Shown here in pieces: positions 9,770 through 20,195 of a stretch of DNA of 57,052 nt (position 1 is the first letter of the stretch; each line of letters starts with the position of its first letter). The DNA is taken from contig JAEOUH010000033.1 of NCBI GenBank assembly GCA_016839365.1, positions 1-57,052 on the forward strand, given 5' to 3'. The notes under the pieces were generated by a model, which did not search any database, had not been told where the DNA came from, and worked only from the letters and a program-made list of their open reading frames with translations. This DNA comes from Candidatus Hermodarchaeota archaeon. GTDB lineage: Archaea; Asgardarchaeota; Hermodarchaeia; Hermodarchaeales; Hermodarchaeaceae. The translations under genes were made by a program, and so were the position numbers.

Positions 9770-11434
9770 ATGAAGCGTAAACCGATTCGAGCCTACCGGG
9801 GTACCACATTACATTGTAAGAATTGGCAAATTGAAGCTATCCTTCGGATGCTCCAGAACAACCTGGATCCAGACGTGGCAAAAGATTGGGAAAAGCTCAT
9901 CGTGTATGGCGGAAGTGGTCAGGCGGCTAGGAACTGGGATTGTTATGACAAGATTGTGGAAACCTTGCTCGCGTTGGAACCTGATGAAACCATGCTGGTA
10001 CAATCAGGGAAACCTGTAGCTGTGTTCAAAACGCACACCGATGCTCCTCGCGCCCTCATTGCCAACTCGTTGATTGTTCCCTTCTGGGCTACTGAAGAGA
10101 ACTTCCATGAACTGTACAGAAAAGGCTTGACTATGTTCGGCCAAATGACCGCAGGTTCATGGATTTATATCGCTACTCAAGGCATCCTTCAAGGCACCTT
10201 CGAAACCTTTGCCTCTGTTGCCGACCGCCACTTTGGTGGGACACTGAAAGGGACACTGACCCTTACAGGCGGCGTTGGTGCGATGGGTGGAGCACAACCG
10301 TTAGCCGTGACATTCAATGAGGGTGTTGTCATTGCAGTGGATGTCGATGCAGCAGCGATTGAAAAGCGGATAAGGGCGGGCTATTGTGAATTGAAAACTG
10401 ATAGCCTGGATGAAGCCTTATCCCTTGCAGAAGAGGCATTGGAAAAGAAGATTCCTCGTTCGATCGGCTTAATCGGGAACACGGCTGAAACCCACCCGGA
10501 AATTGTGAAGCGAGGAATAGGGGTAGATATTGTGACCGATCAGACAGCGGCACATGATCCCTTGACGGGTTATTATCCAGCCGGATTCAGCAAGGAAGAA
10601 GCAGACCAGTTGCGACAAAAGGACCCAGAGAATTACATTCGCCACTCGAAGGAGTCTATGCTTCATCACGTGAAGGCGATTCTGCAACTTCAAGAACGAG
10701 GAGCAGTCGCCTTCGATTATGGGAATAATCTGCGACAGCATGCTACCTCAATATCCTGGGACAATGAAGTGAATCGGTGGAAGTATCCAGGATTTGTTGA
10801 AGCGTATGTTCGTCCGCTATTCTGCGAAGGACGCGGTCCGTTCCGTTGGGTCGCCTTATCGGGAGAACCTGAGGATATTTACCGTACTGATGAGTTGGTT
10901 CTTGAACTCTTTCCAGACAATTACATTCTAAAGCGCTGGATGAAACTAGCCCATGAAAGGGTGCGCTTTGAAGGCTTACCAGCCCGAGTTTGTTGGCTAG
11001 GATTCGGTGAGAGGGCGAAGTTTGGGAAAGCCCTAAACGACTTGGTGGCTAGGGGTGAACTCAAGGCGCCAATCGTGATTGGACGTGACCATCTTGATGC
11101 GGGTTCTGTGGCTTCTCCCAATCGTGAAACCGAAGGAATGAAAGACGGGAGTGATGCGATTGCGGATTGGCCTGTTCTCAACGTCCTTATCAATGCGGTA
11201 GCGGGAGCGACGTGGGTCTCATTACACCAGGGTGGCGGCGTTGGAATCCCGTATGCTATTTCCGCAGGCCAGGTCTCTGTGGCAGATGGAACCCCTGAAG
11301 CTGAAAAGCGTCTTTTGCGGGTTCTGACCACAGACCCTGGCATGGGAGTTGTTCGCCATGTTGATGCCGGATACTCGGAAGCGATCAAGTTCGCAAAGGA
11401 AAAGGGTATCAAAATTCCATTCATGAAGAAATGA
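9770..11434 (+). CDS. hutU: Urocanate hydratase
   Basis: [68 protein letters not shown]. Confidence 0.98.
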   Translation: MKRKPIRAYRGTTLHCKNWQIEAILRMLQNNLDPDVAKDWEKLIVYGGSGQAARNWDCYDKIVETLLALEPDETMLVQSGKPVAVFKTHTDAPRALIANSLIVPFWATEENFHELYRKGLTMFGQMTAGSWIYIATQGILQGTFETFASVADRHFGGTLKGTLTLTGGVGAMGGAQPLAVTFNEGVVIAVDVDAAAIEKRIRAGYCELKTDSLDEALSLAEEALEKKIPRSIGLIGNTAETHPEIVKRGIGVDIVTDQTAAHDPLTGYYPAGFSKEEADQLRQKDPENYIRHSKESMLHHVKAILQLQERGAVAFDYGNNLRQHATSISWDNEVNRWKYPGFVEAYVRPLFCEGRGPFRWVALSGEPEDIYRTDELVLELFPDNYILKRWMKLAHERVRFEGLPARVCWLGFGERAKFGKALNDLVARGELKAPIVIGRDHLDAGSVASPNRETEGMKDGSDAIADWPVLNVLINAVAGATWVSLHQGGGVGIPYAISAGQVSVADGTPEAEKRLLRVLTTDPGMGVVRHVDAGYSEAIKFAKEKGIKIPFMKK

Positions 11435-11444
11435 AACTAGGTGG

Positions 11445-12395
11445 ATGATGATGAAACAAATCGTTGAATGTGTTCCAAATTTCAGTGTTGGTGATGAGCC
11501 GAAAACCATTGACGCCATTGTTGAGGCAATCAAACGGACAAAGGGGGTTCACCTTCTCGATTATGAACATGACACCGCATACAATCGATTAGTGGTGACC
11601 TATTTTGGTGAACCCGAGGCATGCAAGACAGCAATGCTGGCCGCAGGAAAAGTAGCCGTGGAACGGTTAGATATGCGGAAGCACAAGGGCCAACATCCGC
11701 GCATCGGTGCCCTGGATGTTGCACCTTTTGTTCCAATAAAGAACATCACCATGAAAGAATGCATTGACCTTTCCAAGGCGTTTGGAAAAGCTTTTGCACA
11801 AGCCCATGAGGTTCCCGTCTATTTGTATGGAGAAGCAGCCGAAACTCCAGAAAAAGGAGATGTGGATTGGATCCGGAAGGGAGAGTGGGAAGCGCTTGAG
11901 AAGAATATGCAGGATCCCGCCCGAAAACCAGCCTTTGGACCGAGTAAGCCACACCCGAGTGCGGGAGCCACGATGACGGGTGCTCGTGAAGTGATGGTGG
12001 GTCTCAACATCAACTTAGGAACAACGGATCTCCGGATAGCAAAAGCCGTGGCGAAAGCGATTCACAAGAAGAAAGGCGGGTTAATCCGCATTAAGGCGAT
12101 GGGGTGTTTGTGGGAGGACCGAGGAATCACTCAAATTGGCATCACGAACACTGATTACCTAAAGTCCCCATTATATCGGCAATTCGAATTAGTCAAAATC
12201 GAGGCTGCGCGATATGGGGTTCCAGTAGTGGGTGCAGAATTTTGTGGTCTTGTGCCCATACAAGCACTCGTCGACGTCGCCAATTACTACCTCCGCCTGG
12301 AAGGATTCAGCATGAAAGACCTCCTTGAGGTAGCTATTGATCGGACACTCGCAGAGATAGATCCAAAACATGCAAGCACACTTGATAGTGAATAA
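11445..12395 (+). CDS. ftcD: Glutamate formiminotransferase (FTCD N-terminal enzyme)
   Basis: IVECVPNFS, YNRLVVT, DMRKHKGQHPRIGALDVAPFVP, VPVYLYG, GAEFCGLVP. Confidence 0.92.
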   Translation: MMMKQIVECVPNFSVGDEPKTIDAIVEAIKRTKGVHLLDYEHDTAYNRLVVTYFGEPEACKTAMLAAGKVAVERLDMRKHKGQHPRIGALDVAPFVPIKNITMKECIDLSKAFGKAFAQAHEVPVYLYGEAAETPEKGDVDWIRKGEWEALEKNMQDPARKPAFGPSKPHPSAGATMTGAREVMVGLNINLGTTDLRIAKAVAKAIHKKKGGLIRIKAMGCLWEDRGITQIGITNTDYLKSPLYRQFELVKIEAARYGVPVVGAEFCGLVPIQALVDVANYYLRLEGFSMKDLLEVAIDRTLAEIDPKHASTLDSE

Positions 12396-12443
12396 ACAAA
12401 AATCGCCTAAGATATGCTGATTTATTAGGCTCAACTCCCTTCA

Positions 12444-13724
12444 GTGGTTCTAATGGAACGCTTGGATCTCGATATGGTTATTCTCAATGCTGCAGAACTC
12501 TTGACCTTGGAAGGAGCCAGCCATACCCCCAAAATCAAGGATAACCTCAACGAGCTAGGTATTATCGAAAAGGGCGGCGTAGCCATCCGAGGGAATCAAA
12601 TTTTAGCAGTGGATTCCACGAAGAACATTAAACGCCTCGTGAAGCCTGGAAGCCGTCCACAAATAGTTGATGCGAAGAACAAAACCGTGATGCCTGGTTT
12701 CATCGATTCCCATACCCACTTAGCCTTTGCTGGAAGCCGCGAACATGAATTTGTCCAAAAAATTCAAGGAAAATCCTACATGGAAATCCTTGAATCCGGT
12801 GGGGGAATTAACGTCACCGTCAATGCCACTCGCAAAGCAAGCAAAAACACACTTGTTCGGCTGACTCAACCGACCTTGTCTCGCATGCTCGAATACGGGA
12901 CCACAACAGTTGAAGGCAAATCAGGGTATGGTCTTGAAACAAATCATGAGATCAAGCAGCTACTAGCCCTCCGAGATTTGAATCTCATCCATCCCATTGA
13001 AATCGTCCCTACCTTTATGGGAGCACATGTAGTGCCCATCAAATACAAAAACAAGCCAGATGACTATGTCAAATTAGTAACTGAGAAAATGATTCCTAAC
13101 GTTGCTAAACGGGGTTTGGCGGAATTCTGCGACGTATTCGCTGAAAAAGGTGTGTTTGATATCGAGCAGTCACGGAAAATTCTCCAGGCAGGGAAGCACC
13201 ACGGTCTTAGACCGAAGGTTCACGCTGATGAAATGACTACCTTAGGTGGGGCAGAACTCGCCGCAGAAGTGGGGGCAGTGTCAGCAGATCATTTGCTAAA
13301 AGTATCCAACCAAGGTATCAAATCCTTGGCTGAAAAACAGATTGTGGCTGTCCTCCTACCAGCGACAGCGCTGGTGTTGATGAAAAAGGAGTATGCTCCA
13401 GCGAGAACTTTGATTAAGGCAGGGGTTCCGGTGGCCCTGGCAACGGACTATAATCCGAATTGTATGACTGAGTCGATGCAGTTGGTTCTCACTTTGGCCT
13501 GCTTAAATATGCGTATGACCCCTGCAGAGGCTATCTCTGCTGCTACTATAAACGCCGCTCACGCCATCAATCGGTCACATCTCGTGGGGAGCTTAGAACC
13601 CAATAAACAGGCAGATATCTTAATCATGGACGTCCCGAATCATGCCCAAATTCCTTATCATTTCGGTGTAAATCTTGTTCATAAGGTGATTAAAGCAGGG
13701 AAAGTTGTTTTTTCAACTCGGTAA
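12444..13724 (+). CDS. hutI: Imidazolonepropionase
   Basis: PGFIDSHTHLAFAG, GGGINVTVNATR, GTTTVEGKSGYGL, KVHADE, SADHL, ALATDYNP. Confidence 0.97.
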   Translation: MVLMERLDLDMVILNAAELLTLEGASHTPKIKDNLNELGIIEKGGVAIRGNQILAVDSTKNIKRLVKPGSRPQIVDAKNKTVMPGFIDSHTHLAFAGSREHEFVQKIQGKSYMEILESGGGINVTVNATRKASKNTLVRLTQPTLSRMLEYGTTTVEGKSGYGLETNHEIKQLLALRDLNLIHPIEIVPTFMGAHVVPIKYKNKPDDYVKLVTEKMIPNVAKRGLAEFCDVFAEKGVFDIEQSRKILQAGKHHGLRPKVHADEMTTLGGAELAAEVGAVSADHLLKVSNQGIKSLAEKQIVAVLLPATALVLMKKEYAPARTLIKAGVPVALATDYNPNCMTESMQLVLTLACLNMRMTPAEAISAATINAAHAINRSHLVGSLEPNKQADILIMDVPNHAQIPYHFGVNLVHKVIKAGKVVFSTR

Positions 13725-13818
13725 AGAGATTCAAAACATTCTATCGTTTTATGCTAACTAATTAAATGGAAATAACAATAACTACAGCGAAATTAGCATT
13801 TTCTACGATGAGAAGGAC

Positions 13819-14289
13819 TTATTGGTTTAGTTTATGGTCTGTAATTACCGTTTCTAGTTTCTTGAAGGCAATCTTCCAAGCTTTCTCAAAATAGTTTCTG
13901 GCTTCAATCCATGCTTCAGAACTCCTCCAGCCTGAATGTACTAAGTGAACTTCGGTGCAGAGAGTTGAACCCTCAGTACAATCGACAAAGAGGATGACAA
14001 CATGAGTTAGTGGGTCAGCAGTATTCATGAACGCCTTGAACGTTATTGGCCCTTTCCATTCAAACGCCAACAATCTGTTTGGTGCAATGGCAGTCACCCT
14101 ACAGCCAAGAGTACTATTGATTTCGCGATCATTCGGGTCCCAAAATAGCTCATATCTACCGCCCACTTGTGCTTCAATTTCTGCACTGTTGGAAAGCCAA
14201 GAAGGCAGCAGTTTGTTATCCGTGAACATCTTAAATGCTTGTTCAGGAGAGCATTTCACTCGAATTGAACAATGAATGACTTTTTCCAA
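13819..14289 (-). CDS. SRPBCC/AHSA1 (START-like) domain protein
   Basis: SPEQAFKMFTD..L.SW..A.IEAQVGGRY, RLLAFEW, TEVHLVHSGW, C-terminal W...F.KL helix. Confidence 0.85.
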   Translation of the reverse strand: MEKVIHCSIRVKCSPEQAFKMFTDNKLLPSWLSNSAEIEAQVGGRYELFWDPNDREINSTLGCRVTAIAPNRLLAFEWKGPITFKAFMNTADPLTHVVILFVDCTEGSTLCTEVHLVHSGWRSSEAWIEARNYFEKAWKIAFKKLETVITDHKLNQ

Positions 14290-14315
14290 TCTCTTTTCAC
14301 CTCGATAGAGATTTA

Positions 14316-14379
14316 TTACTTTTTGTAACTCTGTTACTATAGGTAATAACCTTTAAATGGTTTGTAACCAGAAGGTAAC
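14316..14379. promoter_or_regulatory. Putative operator (two TTAC-N5-GTAA palindromes) and TATA between divergent SRPBCC and HxlR genes
   Basis: TTACtttttGTAA 14316-14328, TTACtatagGTAA 14334-14346, TTTAAAT 14352-14358 and a degenerate third box 14364-14379. Confidence 0.6.
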
Positions 14380-14390
14380 AAGACTAACCC

Positions 14391-14798
14391 ATGATGGCAA
14401 TTAAACAGATCAAACGTTGTCCCGTTGAAGTGACTTTGCAGTGTATTGGAAAAAAATGGGCGCTTCACATCATTCGAGACATGTTTCAAGGAAAAACGCG
14501 GTTTTCAGATTTCCTAAAAGTCAACCCAAAATTAAGCACCAAAAGCCTCGCTATTAGGCTTAGAGAGCTTGAAAAGATGGGGCTCATTGAAAAGACCATC
14601 AAGGATAAAACCCCCCTTTTAATTGAATATCACCTGACAGAAAAAGGGAAAGCCCTTGGAGCGACCATCCGTGAGTTAGCGATTTTTTCAATTAAACATA
14701 ATCCCTCAGATGTCTTTGAAGAGATGCCCGAATCCTTCGATGATGCCATAAAAGAGGTAACCCAGCGATTCTCATTCCAAAGCGATGCACCTGCATGA
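14391..14798 (+). CDS. HxlR/MarR-DUF24 family winged-helix transcriptional regulator
   Basis: CPVEVTLQCIGKKWALHIIRD, RFSDF, LSTKSLAIRLRELE, IEYHLTEKG. Confidence 0.92.
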   Translation: MMAIKQIKRCPVEVTLQCIGKKWALHIIRDMFQGKTRFSDFLKVNPKLSTKSLAIRLRELEKMGLIEKTIKDKTPLLIEYHLTEKGKALGATIRELAIFSIKHNPSDVFEEMPESFDDAIKEVTQRFSFQSDAPA

Positions 14799-15130
14799 GA
14801 AGCTTGGTTCCGTCCCCTTATGTATGCAAACGAACAGTTGATTAACATAGTGAAATTAGATTTCTTATTTTTGAAACCCACACACGAAAGATAAGGATTA
14901 GTGTAGTGAACGGAGAAAAAGCTTCAACTGAATTGTTGTGTTTGTTTTGTTATTATTTGGAATTCAATTGGCTTTGAATAGATCTTTTCGTTGTACCTTT
15001 GATGGTCTTGGGGGCTCGAATCTTCCTAATAACCAGACCATCAACAGTCTTTTTTCAATCACTAGTCAAAACAAGTACCGCTCATGAGATAGTTGGAGTG
15101 TGGATTTACTTGAATTTGTATACAGGTAAA

Positions 15131-16990
15131 CTAGTATCTATAGGACTCGACTTGTTTTTGAACGTGATTCACAATTTTTCTTGAGTGCAGCAGTTGCCAG
15201 ATTTGGTTGATATCATGATGGATCAGGTAATCTTGGGTTAGCCGATCAATCTGAGGAATTTGCATCTTCGAATATCGAGGAATCGTTTTACGAATCACAT
15301 CATAGGCGATTTGGGAGCCCTTGCCCAAGGTGACAGATTTGTTTAATCTTCTAATATCAATACCTTGTATCGCACACAGTAATTCGATGGCGATAATTTG
15401 CTCAACATTAACAAGAATTTCTTGTGCATGCCTTGCAGCAATTGTTCCCATGCTAACATGGTCCTCTTGATTCGCAGCGGTTGGAATTGATCGTACACTG
15501 GCAGGGGTTGTTAATTTCTGACACTCAGCCGTTAGAGCTGCGGCCGTAAGTTGAGCCAGTCCCAGCCCGAAGTACACACCCTGGTCAGCGAGAGTAGGGT
15601 GAATGAGCAGTAAAGGCAACCCATTGCTTAGCTTATCATCAATTAACCGGGAAATCCGACGTTCAGCAATGGCTGCAATAGTCGTCAATGCGATCGCGAG
15701 AAAATCCATAGCACAAGCTATGGGTTGGCCATGAAAGTTCCCCCCTGAAAGGAATGTTTTCGTTTTGGGAAAGATCAAGGGATTATCCGTTGCGGAATTA
15801 CATTCTATGGTGATAATCTGTTCAGCGTACTTTATGGTATCTCGTACTGCCCCAAGTACCTGTGGCGTGCAGCGAATGGAGTAGGCATCTTGTACACGTT
15901 GTGTTATATGAGCAGCATTAATGGCAGCTTCAAAGGCGGCTTTCGAGACTCCCAGCGTCTCAAAGTGTTGTTGGATCTGTGCCCGTTTGGTTTTCAATTG
16001 AGCAGCTGATTTTGGTGGTTCAACCGGAATCTGCTTGTCGAGAGCAATTATTGTATGAATTGCTTGCTGTAGAATCGTAGAAAGAGCTTCTTGATCGCCC
16101 TCAGGTGTGAGTTCGTCATGGAGTTTTTTCATCGCTGCTTGTGCACGTTTCCTTCGTTGCCGTGATGTCAATACTTGGGAGCTACCCGCCAAAATGGAGG
16201 AAAGATTATGGGCTGTTTGCAATTGGCCGGGATGAGGACGCACTTGTTGAATACGTTGATCAAAGGCGTCTAGCACTGCTTCTAAAGCTTCCATTGACAG
16301 GGCTGCGGCGATTTCTGCTGATGCGATCAGATTTCTGGCATCAGCAGTTGTTAGGGCAGCAATAGCTGTCATGATTTGGGTGCCGTTAATCAGCGCTATC
16401 CCTTCTTTCGGTCCCAATACGATTGGTGTTAATCCTGCTTGTTTAAGGGCATCAGCGCCTAGTAGAATTTCGCCCTTATACTCAGCTTCTCCTTCACCAA
16501 TTAATACAAGGACCATATGGGATAAGGGAGCAAGATCTCCACTTGCGCCAACAGACCCCTTTTCCGGAATAATTGGGTGCACCTCTTTATTGAGGAGATC
16601 AATGAGAAGCTGTAAAGTTGAGAGGCGAACACCAGAATAACCCTTAGCCAAGGTATTTGCACGTAGGAGCATAGCCCCCCGGACTACTTCGGTTGGTAAG
16701 GGAGATCCCACCCCCGCGGCATGACTAATGATTAGGTTGCGTTGGAGGACCTGCGCTTTTTCCTCAGAAATTACTATTTCACTCAGAGGTCCAAATCCTG
16801 TCGTTACTCCATAAATCACTTCTCCGGAATCAATCCAATTTGATACAAATTGAGCAGCAGTTTTGACTTTTTGTTCCGCTGAGGTAGAGAGTTTAACTTT
16901 GGTCCTGTTTCGTGCAACAGATACCAGTTCATCTATTGTTAGGTTATCTCCATCAACGATTATGGCAGGTGGACTCATTTTACTCACCAT
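15131..16990 (-). CDS. hutH: Histidine ammonia-lyase with internal insertion
   Basis: YGVTTGFG, LIISHAAG (His-specific SH), MIO-forming GSVGASGDLAPL, RVQDAYSIRC, NSATDNP, GGNFHG, ANQEDHVSMG. Confidence 0.95.
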   Translation of the reverse strand: MVSKMSPPAIIVDGDNLTIDELVSVARNRTKVKLSTSAEQKVKTAAQFVSNWIDSGEVIYGVTTGFGPLSEIVISEEKAQVLQRNLIISHAAGVGSPLPTEVVRGAMLLRANTLAKGYSGVRLSTLQLLIDLLNKEVHPIIPEKGSVGASGDLAPLSHMVLVLIGEGEAEYKGEILLGADALKQAGLTPIVLGPKEGIALINGTQIMTAIAALTTADARNLIASAEIAAALSMEALEAVLDAFDQRIQQVRPHPGQLQTAHNLSSILAGSSQVLTSRQRRKRAQAAMKKLHDELTPEGDQEALSTILQQAIHTIIALDKQIPVEPPKSAAQLKTKRAQIQQHFETLGVSKAAFEAAINAAHITQRVQDAYSIRCTPQVLGAVRDTIKYAEQIITIECNSATDNPLIFPKTKTFLSGGNFHGQPIACAMDFLAIALTTIAAIAERRISRLIDDKLSNGLPLLLIHPTLADQGVYFGLGLAQLTAAALTAECQKLTTPASVRSIPTAANQEDHVSMGTIAARHAQEILVNVEQIIAIELLCAIQGIDIRRLNKSVTLGKGSQIAYDVIRKTIPRYSKMQIPQIDRLTQDYLIHHDINQIWQLLHSRKIVNHVQKQVESYRY

Positions 16991-17264
16991 CGCAAATCAT
17001 GATTGCCTAACGCTCTTATAAAAACGATTCATTAGTTGAAGTCTTATCAGTTGTTGATGAAGGAAGTGGACGGCAACCAAGAAGGGGAGTGAATTAGTTC
17101 TTTCAGTGAAGAGTTAATATAATTTGACTTATCCCATCCCATTTAATTTCCTTCCCTGCGGGATAATGCATTTCAATGTTGATTGAATTACCGTTTTAAA
17201 TAAGCTCATTTGTATCATTTTTGAATAAACTTGGAGGAAAAAACTGAGGGTTTTCGTTGGGTAA

Positions 17265-18911
17265 TTATTCCTGTCTTAGGTAGGAATGAGCTGACCAACT
17301 AAGTAGAATAACCACGAGAAGAATAGTATAGGGGGTAATGAGCAGCGAGCTTACGAGCATGAGTGGGATCCCACTGGGAACGAAGCCAAGCTGAAAGAGT
17401 AGAACTGGGATGATGGCTATCCATGAGATGACAGGAAAGGTAATCATAAGAGCTATTGGTGTTTCATTTTTCGCTCGTGATGCAAAGGGATAGCGGCTAC
17501 CTAATCCCAAGCCGATGGCTGTGGCGATTGGAATAGAGTGGGGGAGGATAGCAAGGGCAATTGGAAGCAGAGAAAGGCTGCCTAAAAATACTGCAAAGTA
17601 AATCGCGAAAGGTATGGCTAGGGCAAAGGGGGTTAATAGGAGTTGTAGGTATTTGATGGTGGTGAAGTGTAAAGGAGTCAATGAGGACAAGCGTACAAGA
17701 TGGAATGTGCCTCTTTCACCATGAAAGGGATCTGATGATGAGATAGCAAGGAGTGGAATGATGACAACAAGCAATACAGCGTAAAGTGTTTCGATGAGCG
17801 GAAGATACTCAATAGGAAGAGGGAAAACGGAGCCAAAAGCAGGAGCTAGACCAATGAAAATCAAGGCGAAGACAAAGTTGACGATTAACCCACCCACATA
17901 GAACGCTTTACCGGGTTTACGGAGACCAGTTAGGAAATCCTTCTTGAGGAACGCTCGAAAAGGCGATTTTGTAGGAGCATATTTCACGGGGAGTCGACGT
18001 AAGGCGCCGATGTTCGTTCCTTTTCGCCGCGCCACCGTAGCGATTTCCTCATAGAGATCGATTGTAATCTTATCCGTGAACCATCTAGTCATAATCACGA
18101 CAAAACCATAAAGAATGAGCAACTGAATAAAGACCAAGGGAAGAGCAGGAAGGAGGAAGGCTGTAAAGGCCCCATCGGAGCCTGGTGCAGCCCCGCTGAA
18201 GAGCATGCCCACAAGCGTATTGGCCATATTAAGTGTCGGTGAGGGTACGTAAAGACCACCGACAACCCAAACCGGACTCAAAAGCAAGATGATGCCAATG
18301 ATCAAGACCACATAGAACATTGTTCGAAATATGCGCTGATGTGGACGGTTTTGGGAAACAAATTTTCGTAGAGCATAGAGACCTTGGGTAGCAACCGATC
18401 CGATTTCTCCCAAGAGAAATACGACAAGAAGGAACAAGAAAAAGATCTCCCAAGTTAATCCAAAGTGTGATCCAAAATACCACAGGATGGGTTGAACAGC
18501 GAGGATTACGTAGAGAAACAGCGTTATTCGCCTTGGAATAGCGCGTAGGTATTTTGCGGTATAAAATACATGCCCTTGCATGGGGGCTGGCAGGAGATAA
18601 TCGGCATCGGCGGGTTCAGTTTCAGAGCCTAAAGGGACGCCTAGGACGGCTTTGATGATTTGCTGAGCGATGAGGAGTGAAATAATTCCATAGACTAGCC
18701 AGATGGTGTTGACGCCAAGAAACCCACTGTCAACAATTATCCGATACATTGACCCACGAATTGATGTTGGCATCACGAAGATAAAGACCCAAAGCAACCA
18801 AACAACTAGTAGCACTATGGCTATAGAAACGATTTGCAAAGCGATAAAGGCGGGTTGGCGAATTGATTTACGTATGTAATTCCCCATCCGCCGAAATTCC
18901 CATCGTGTCAC
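17265..18911 (-). CDS. ABC exporter permease (ABC-2-like, ~12 TM)
   Basis: Two hydrophobic halves, DADYLLPAP motif, directly downstream of the ABC ATPase. Confidence 0.75.
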   Translation of the reverse strand: MTRWEFRRMGNYIRKSIRQPAFIALQIVSIAIVLLVVWLLWVFIFVMPTSIRGSMYRIIVDSGFLGVNTIWLVYGIISLLIAQQIIKAVLGVPLGSETEPADADYLLPAPMQGHVFYTAKYLRAIPRRITLFLYVILAVQPILWYFGSHFGLTWEIFFLFLLVVFLLGEIGSVATQGLYALRKFVSQNRPHQRIFRTMFYVVLIIGIILLLSPVWVVGGLYVPSPTLNMANTLVGMLFSGAAPGSDGAFTAFLLPALPLVFIQLLILYGFVVIMTRWFTDKITIDLYEEIATVARRKGTNIGALRRLPVKYAPTKSPFRAFLKKDFLTGLRKPGKAFYVGGLIVNFVFALIFIGLAPAFGSVFPLPIEYLPLIETLYAVLLVVIIPLLAISSSDPFHGERGTFHLVRLSSLTPLHFTTIKYLQLLLTPFALAIPFAIYFAVFLGSLSLLPIALAILPHSIPIATAIGLGLGSRYPFASRAKNETPIALMITFPVISWIAIIPVLLFQLGFVPSGIPLMLVSSLLITPYTILLVVILLSWSAHSYLRQE

Positions 18912-18931
18912 TGTTGCTGAATCAACTGTTT

Positions 18932-19705
18932 TCAGAGTCGTTCTCGCCCCTTCAGGGTTCTAATATAATAATTCTCTAAAGCGGCACCCCCGCCGACTTC
19001 ACGTCGAAGCTCTTCAACTGATCCCGAAGCAACCTTCACTCCTTCGGAGAGAATGGTGAATTCATCGCTGACTTCTTCAGCTACATTAAGATTATGGGTT
19101 GATAGAATGACAGTGTTTCCATTCTCAGCGAGTTCACGGATTATGCGTTTCAGAACGTAACCACCTTCAGGATCAAGTCCATATAGTGGCTCATCCATGA
19201 GTAGAACCTTAGGGTTTCGAATCAACAACGCGGTCAGCAGAGCTCTTTGGAGCATTCCACGTGACAGTTCACCAAGATATTTGTTTAGAAAACCGCTGAT
19301 TTCGAACCGCTCAATATATTCTAACCGACGCCGATGGAAGTCATCTTCCGGAACACTGAAGAGACTTCCAATGAATATCAGAAATTCATCGACAGTAAGT
19401 GTATCATATGCTGCTGGAGTATCTGGAAGAAAACCAAGATTAGTTTTAGCATTCCAAGATTCACGAAGCAAGTCGTATCCCATGATAAAGATGCTGCCCC
19501 GATTCGGGCGACTAAGTCCAGCAATTAACCGGAGTGTTGTGGTTTTCCCTGCTCCATTGGGACCAACTAGTGCGTGAACGACTCCTTGTGGAATCTTGAG
19601 GGTAAGTCGATTCACAGCCAAAATACCTGGAGGGAAGATTTTACTCAATCGATACGTTTCCATGGCTGGAGTTTGCCCTCTTGTTTTCCTTCGTGCATTT
19701 GCCAT
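18932..19705 (-). CDS. ABC transporter ATP-binding protein
   Basis: Walker A GPNGAGKTT, signature LSRGMLQR, Walker B LLMDEP, H-loop STH. Confidence 0.95.
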   Translation of the reverse strand: MANARRKTRGQTPAMETYRLSKIFPPGILAVNRLTLKIPQGVVHALVGPNGAGKTTTLRLIAGLSRPNRGSIFIMGYDLLRESWNAKTNLGFLPDTPAAYDTLTVDEFLIFIGSLFSVPEDDFHRRRLEYIERFEISGFLNKYLGELSRGMLQRALLTALLIRNPKVLLMDEPLYGLDPEGGYVLKRIIRELAENGNTVILSTHNLNVAEEVSDEFTILSEGVKVASGSVEELRREVGGGAALENYYIRTLKGRERL

Positions 19706-19861
19706 TCCTTTGACCTCGCTTTAGGCAAGTCATCCAGGCTGCTTTTTTAATCCTTTTTTCCAAGCCTGGATAATATTGCCAAATGCTATAGATTATCCTA
19801 TTATAACTTACTTAGATGGCAAATATGGGAATATTCGAAAGAACTGATGGTTGTTTGAGGC

Positions 19862-20122
19862 TCAATTAGCTTGTGGGCTATGCACTGGCTCGAGTAGTGG
19901 GGGTGTGGTGTTGGCAAGAACATATAAACCAACAAAAAAGAGGACAATGAAAATTGCTGAAGCAATAAAAAAGAAGCTGGTCTTGAAAAAATCTGAACCA
20001 AGAATCGGATATCCTGCTGGCCAGAAGGGAGAGGTCCAGCCAACTGCAAACACAATCGAAGCGATTGTTATGAGAACCATGCCCAGAATCCATCGACCGC
20101 GATCAGACCGAGGTTGTGTCAT
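19862..20122 (-). CDS. Small two-TM hypothetical membrane protein
   Basis: ATG start, two hydrophobic helices, same strand as both neighbours. Confidence 0.55.
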   Translation of the reverse strand: MTQPRSDRGRWILGMVLITIASIVFAVGWTSPFWPAGYPILGSDFFKTSFFFIASAIFIVLFFVGLYVLANTTPPLLEPVHSPQAN

Positions 20123-20195
20123 GCTTCAAACCACGTATAAGAAATACTATATGCGGAGGAGTCTGTTTTATCATATTTTGCCTTAACTGTTTCCC

